From positions 176,538,057 through 176,602,056 of the forward strand of contig NC_092374.1 in assembly GCF_030028105.1 (NCBI RefSeq): 64,000 nucleotides of DNA. The letters are read 5' to 3'. The stretch comes from Mobula birostris. Taxonomy: Eukaryota. Below the pieces are notes generated by a model. The model searched no databases, was not told the origin of the DNA, and saw nothing but the letters and a program-made list of their open reading frames with translations. Numbering within the stretch: position 1 is the stretch's first letter; the number at the start of each line of letters is the position of its first letter. This document shows positions 62,521 through 64,000 of the stretch, in pieces. Position numbers and translations under genes: made by a program.

Positions 62521-64000
62521 CTGTATGCAATATATACAGGCCCTCTTCTCATTGTTACTGTTAACAGAAACCAGAAAGCACACACTCAGCAATATAAGGT
62601 CAGCTTCTGCCCTTCTTCCATCCGATTTCGGAATGTACATTGCAACCATGAACAGTACATCACTACTTTTTCCTTATTTCTCTTTTTGCACTGCACTACC
62701 TATCTTAAATTATCTTATCTGGGAGACAAATACCGTTATTTAGTGCACAAGACAGCTGAAAGGTAAATATATCCAATTCTGTCTTATACACGTCATGAAC
62801 CCTTTCAAATATCGTGGTCGTAGTTATTTAATATAATACTGAAATGTTGGAGCTAATCCAGGTGAATCAATTTTGTTTCAGTTACACATTGAATGGAGAT
62901 GCTGTAAATTCAGGCAACATGCGCAAACTGGAGGTACTCAGAAGGCCAAGCAACATCTATCGAAACAAATACAGTCGGCGTTTCTTGTTGAAACACTTCG
63001 GCCAGAGAGAAGGTCTGTACTTTTCTCCATAGATACTCCCTGGCCTGCTCTATTCCTCCGGTTTTCTTGTCTGTTAGTCCCACGATATTGTTGGTCCTTC
63101 CTTCTTAAAGCCGTTTATCTGGGCAAAGCACATCGTCCAACAGGGACGGCACCTCAGCTATATTTCCTGCTGTCTACTCCCAGCCCCGCCAACAAAGAAC
63201 TTCAACCCAGTTTCTCCAGACCTTTCTCACAATTCCTCGATCCTGATTGGCTGAGAGCACATTCCTAATTTGCGCAACAATGTTTCTCATCGCAGCTCAC
63301 ACCCAAAAAAGCCGAGAGCATTGCAGTTTGTTTTTACAAAACTGAAATACCTACAGTATAGCAGTAACAATCTTAACCAGGGCGTAGCATAACTGATTAT
63401 AAATTAATGGTATTTCGTATTCTTGTCCAGGTCAGAATATTGAGCACAATTCTTCTCTTCAAATCACAACGTCTCGGCAAAGAAATATTTGCGAACGAAT
63501 ATTCAGTATTTCTTCGAATACCGCATTACTTGGTCATATTAAACTTTCCTGTGCAGTTTAGCGAGGTGCTAGAAGCATAGGGAAGAAAGTTGATAAATTT
63601 ATGTTATAAAAACTGTGTTGATAAATACAAGGAACAATTCAGAAGGTAGTTATCAGAATGCTGCCTGAATCAGAAGGCTTGAGCCATACGAAGAAGTTGG
63701 GTCATTTTAGATTGTATTCTCTGAAGCGTTGAAGGCTTTAGGGAAACAGATACAAGTTTAACAATTTAAGACAGGCATACACTGCGGAATATCTTGAACA
63801 TCCTCCAAGGATATTTTTTTGGGGGGGATTGCAAAGGACTTGTAATTAAAGTGAGAGGTGAAACATTGAAATTAAATTTGCGAGAATTTTCAGTTAAACA
63901 GAGTGACAAGTGCATAGAACATAGTATCATGGGTTATAGTGGAACCTGGTATGGTGGTGTCTTCAAGAATCTTTTCGATACGCACATTAATATGCAGTAT

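Noticed and set aside
63150-63270. GC box (CCCCGCC) and CCAAT (gattgg) pair
   Set aside because: Two short motifs with no associated exon or transcript evidence in the window.
1-64000. CRISPR arrays, rRNA, tRNA genes or prokaryotic operons
   Set aside because: No regularly spaced repeats or structured RNA genes were seen; the window is eukaryotic, intron-containing DNA.

Overview
A 64-kb vertebrate nuclear window, most likely from a cartilaginous fish (shark or ray). That assignment is inferred from the repeat families and gene types, not confirmed by a search. Most of the window is transposable-element debris: CR1, L1, Penelope, Rex1-like, HERO/RLE, Gypsy and Tc1. Three intact protein-coding genes can be rebuilt, all on the minus strand. 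(1) A two-coding-exon gene, join(14114..14201, 6647..10125), encoding about 1188 aa. It fuses a stonustoxin (SNTX)-type MACPF/CDC pore-forming module with its thioredoxin-like domain to an FN3 domain, a septin/AIG1-like P-loop GTPase, a Cys/His cluster and a coiled coil, and it has no B30.2/SPRY domain. This is the main candidate for an under-described GTPase-coupled pore-forming system. (2, 3) Two tandem GPR139/142-like class A GPCR paralogues (333 and 324 aa), each with a 70-bp first coding exon missed by the ORF track. Other notable structure: an 11-kb nested insertion around a full-length L1 bounded by an 11-bp target-site duplication (TSD), several Penelope repeats carrying minimal hammerhead-ribozyme motifs, a solo LTR with an ISRE consensus upstream of gene 1, and an apparent change in CpG density along the window.
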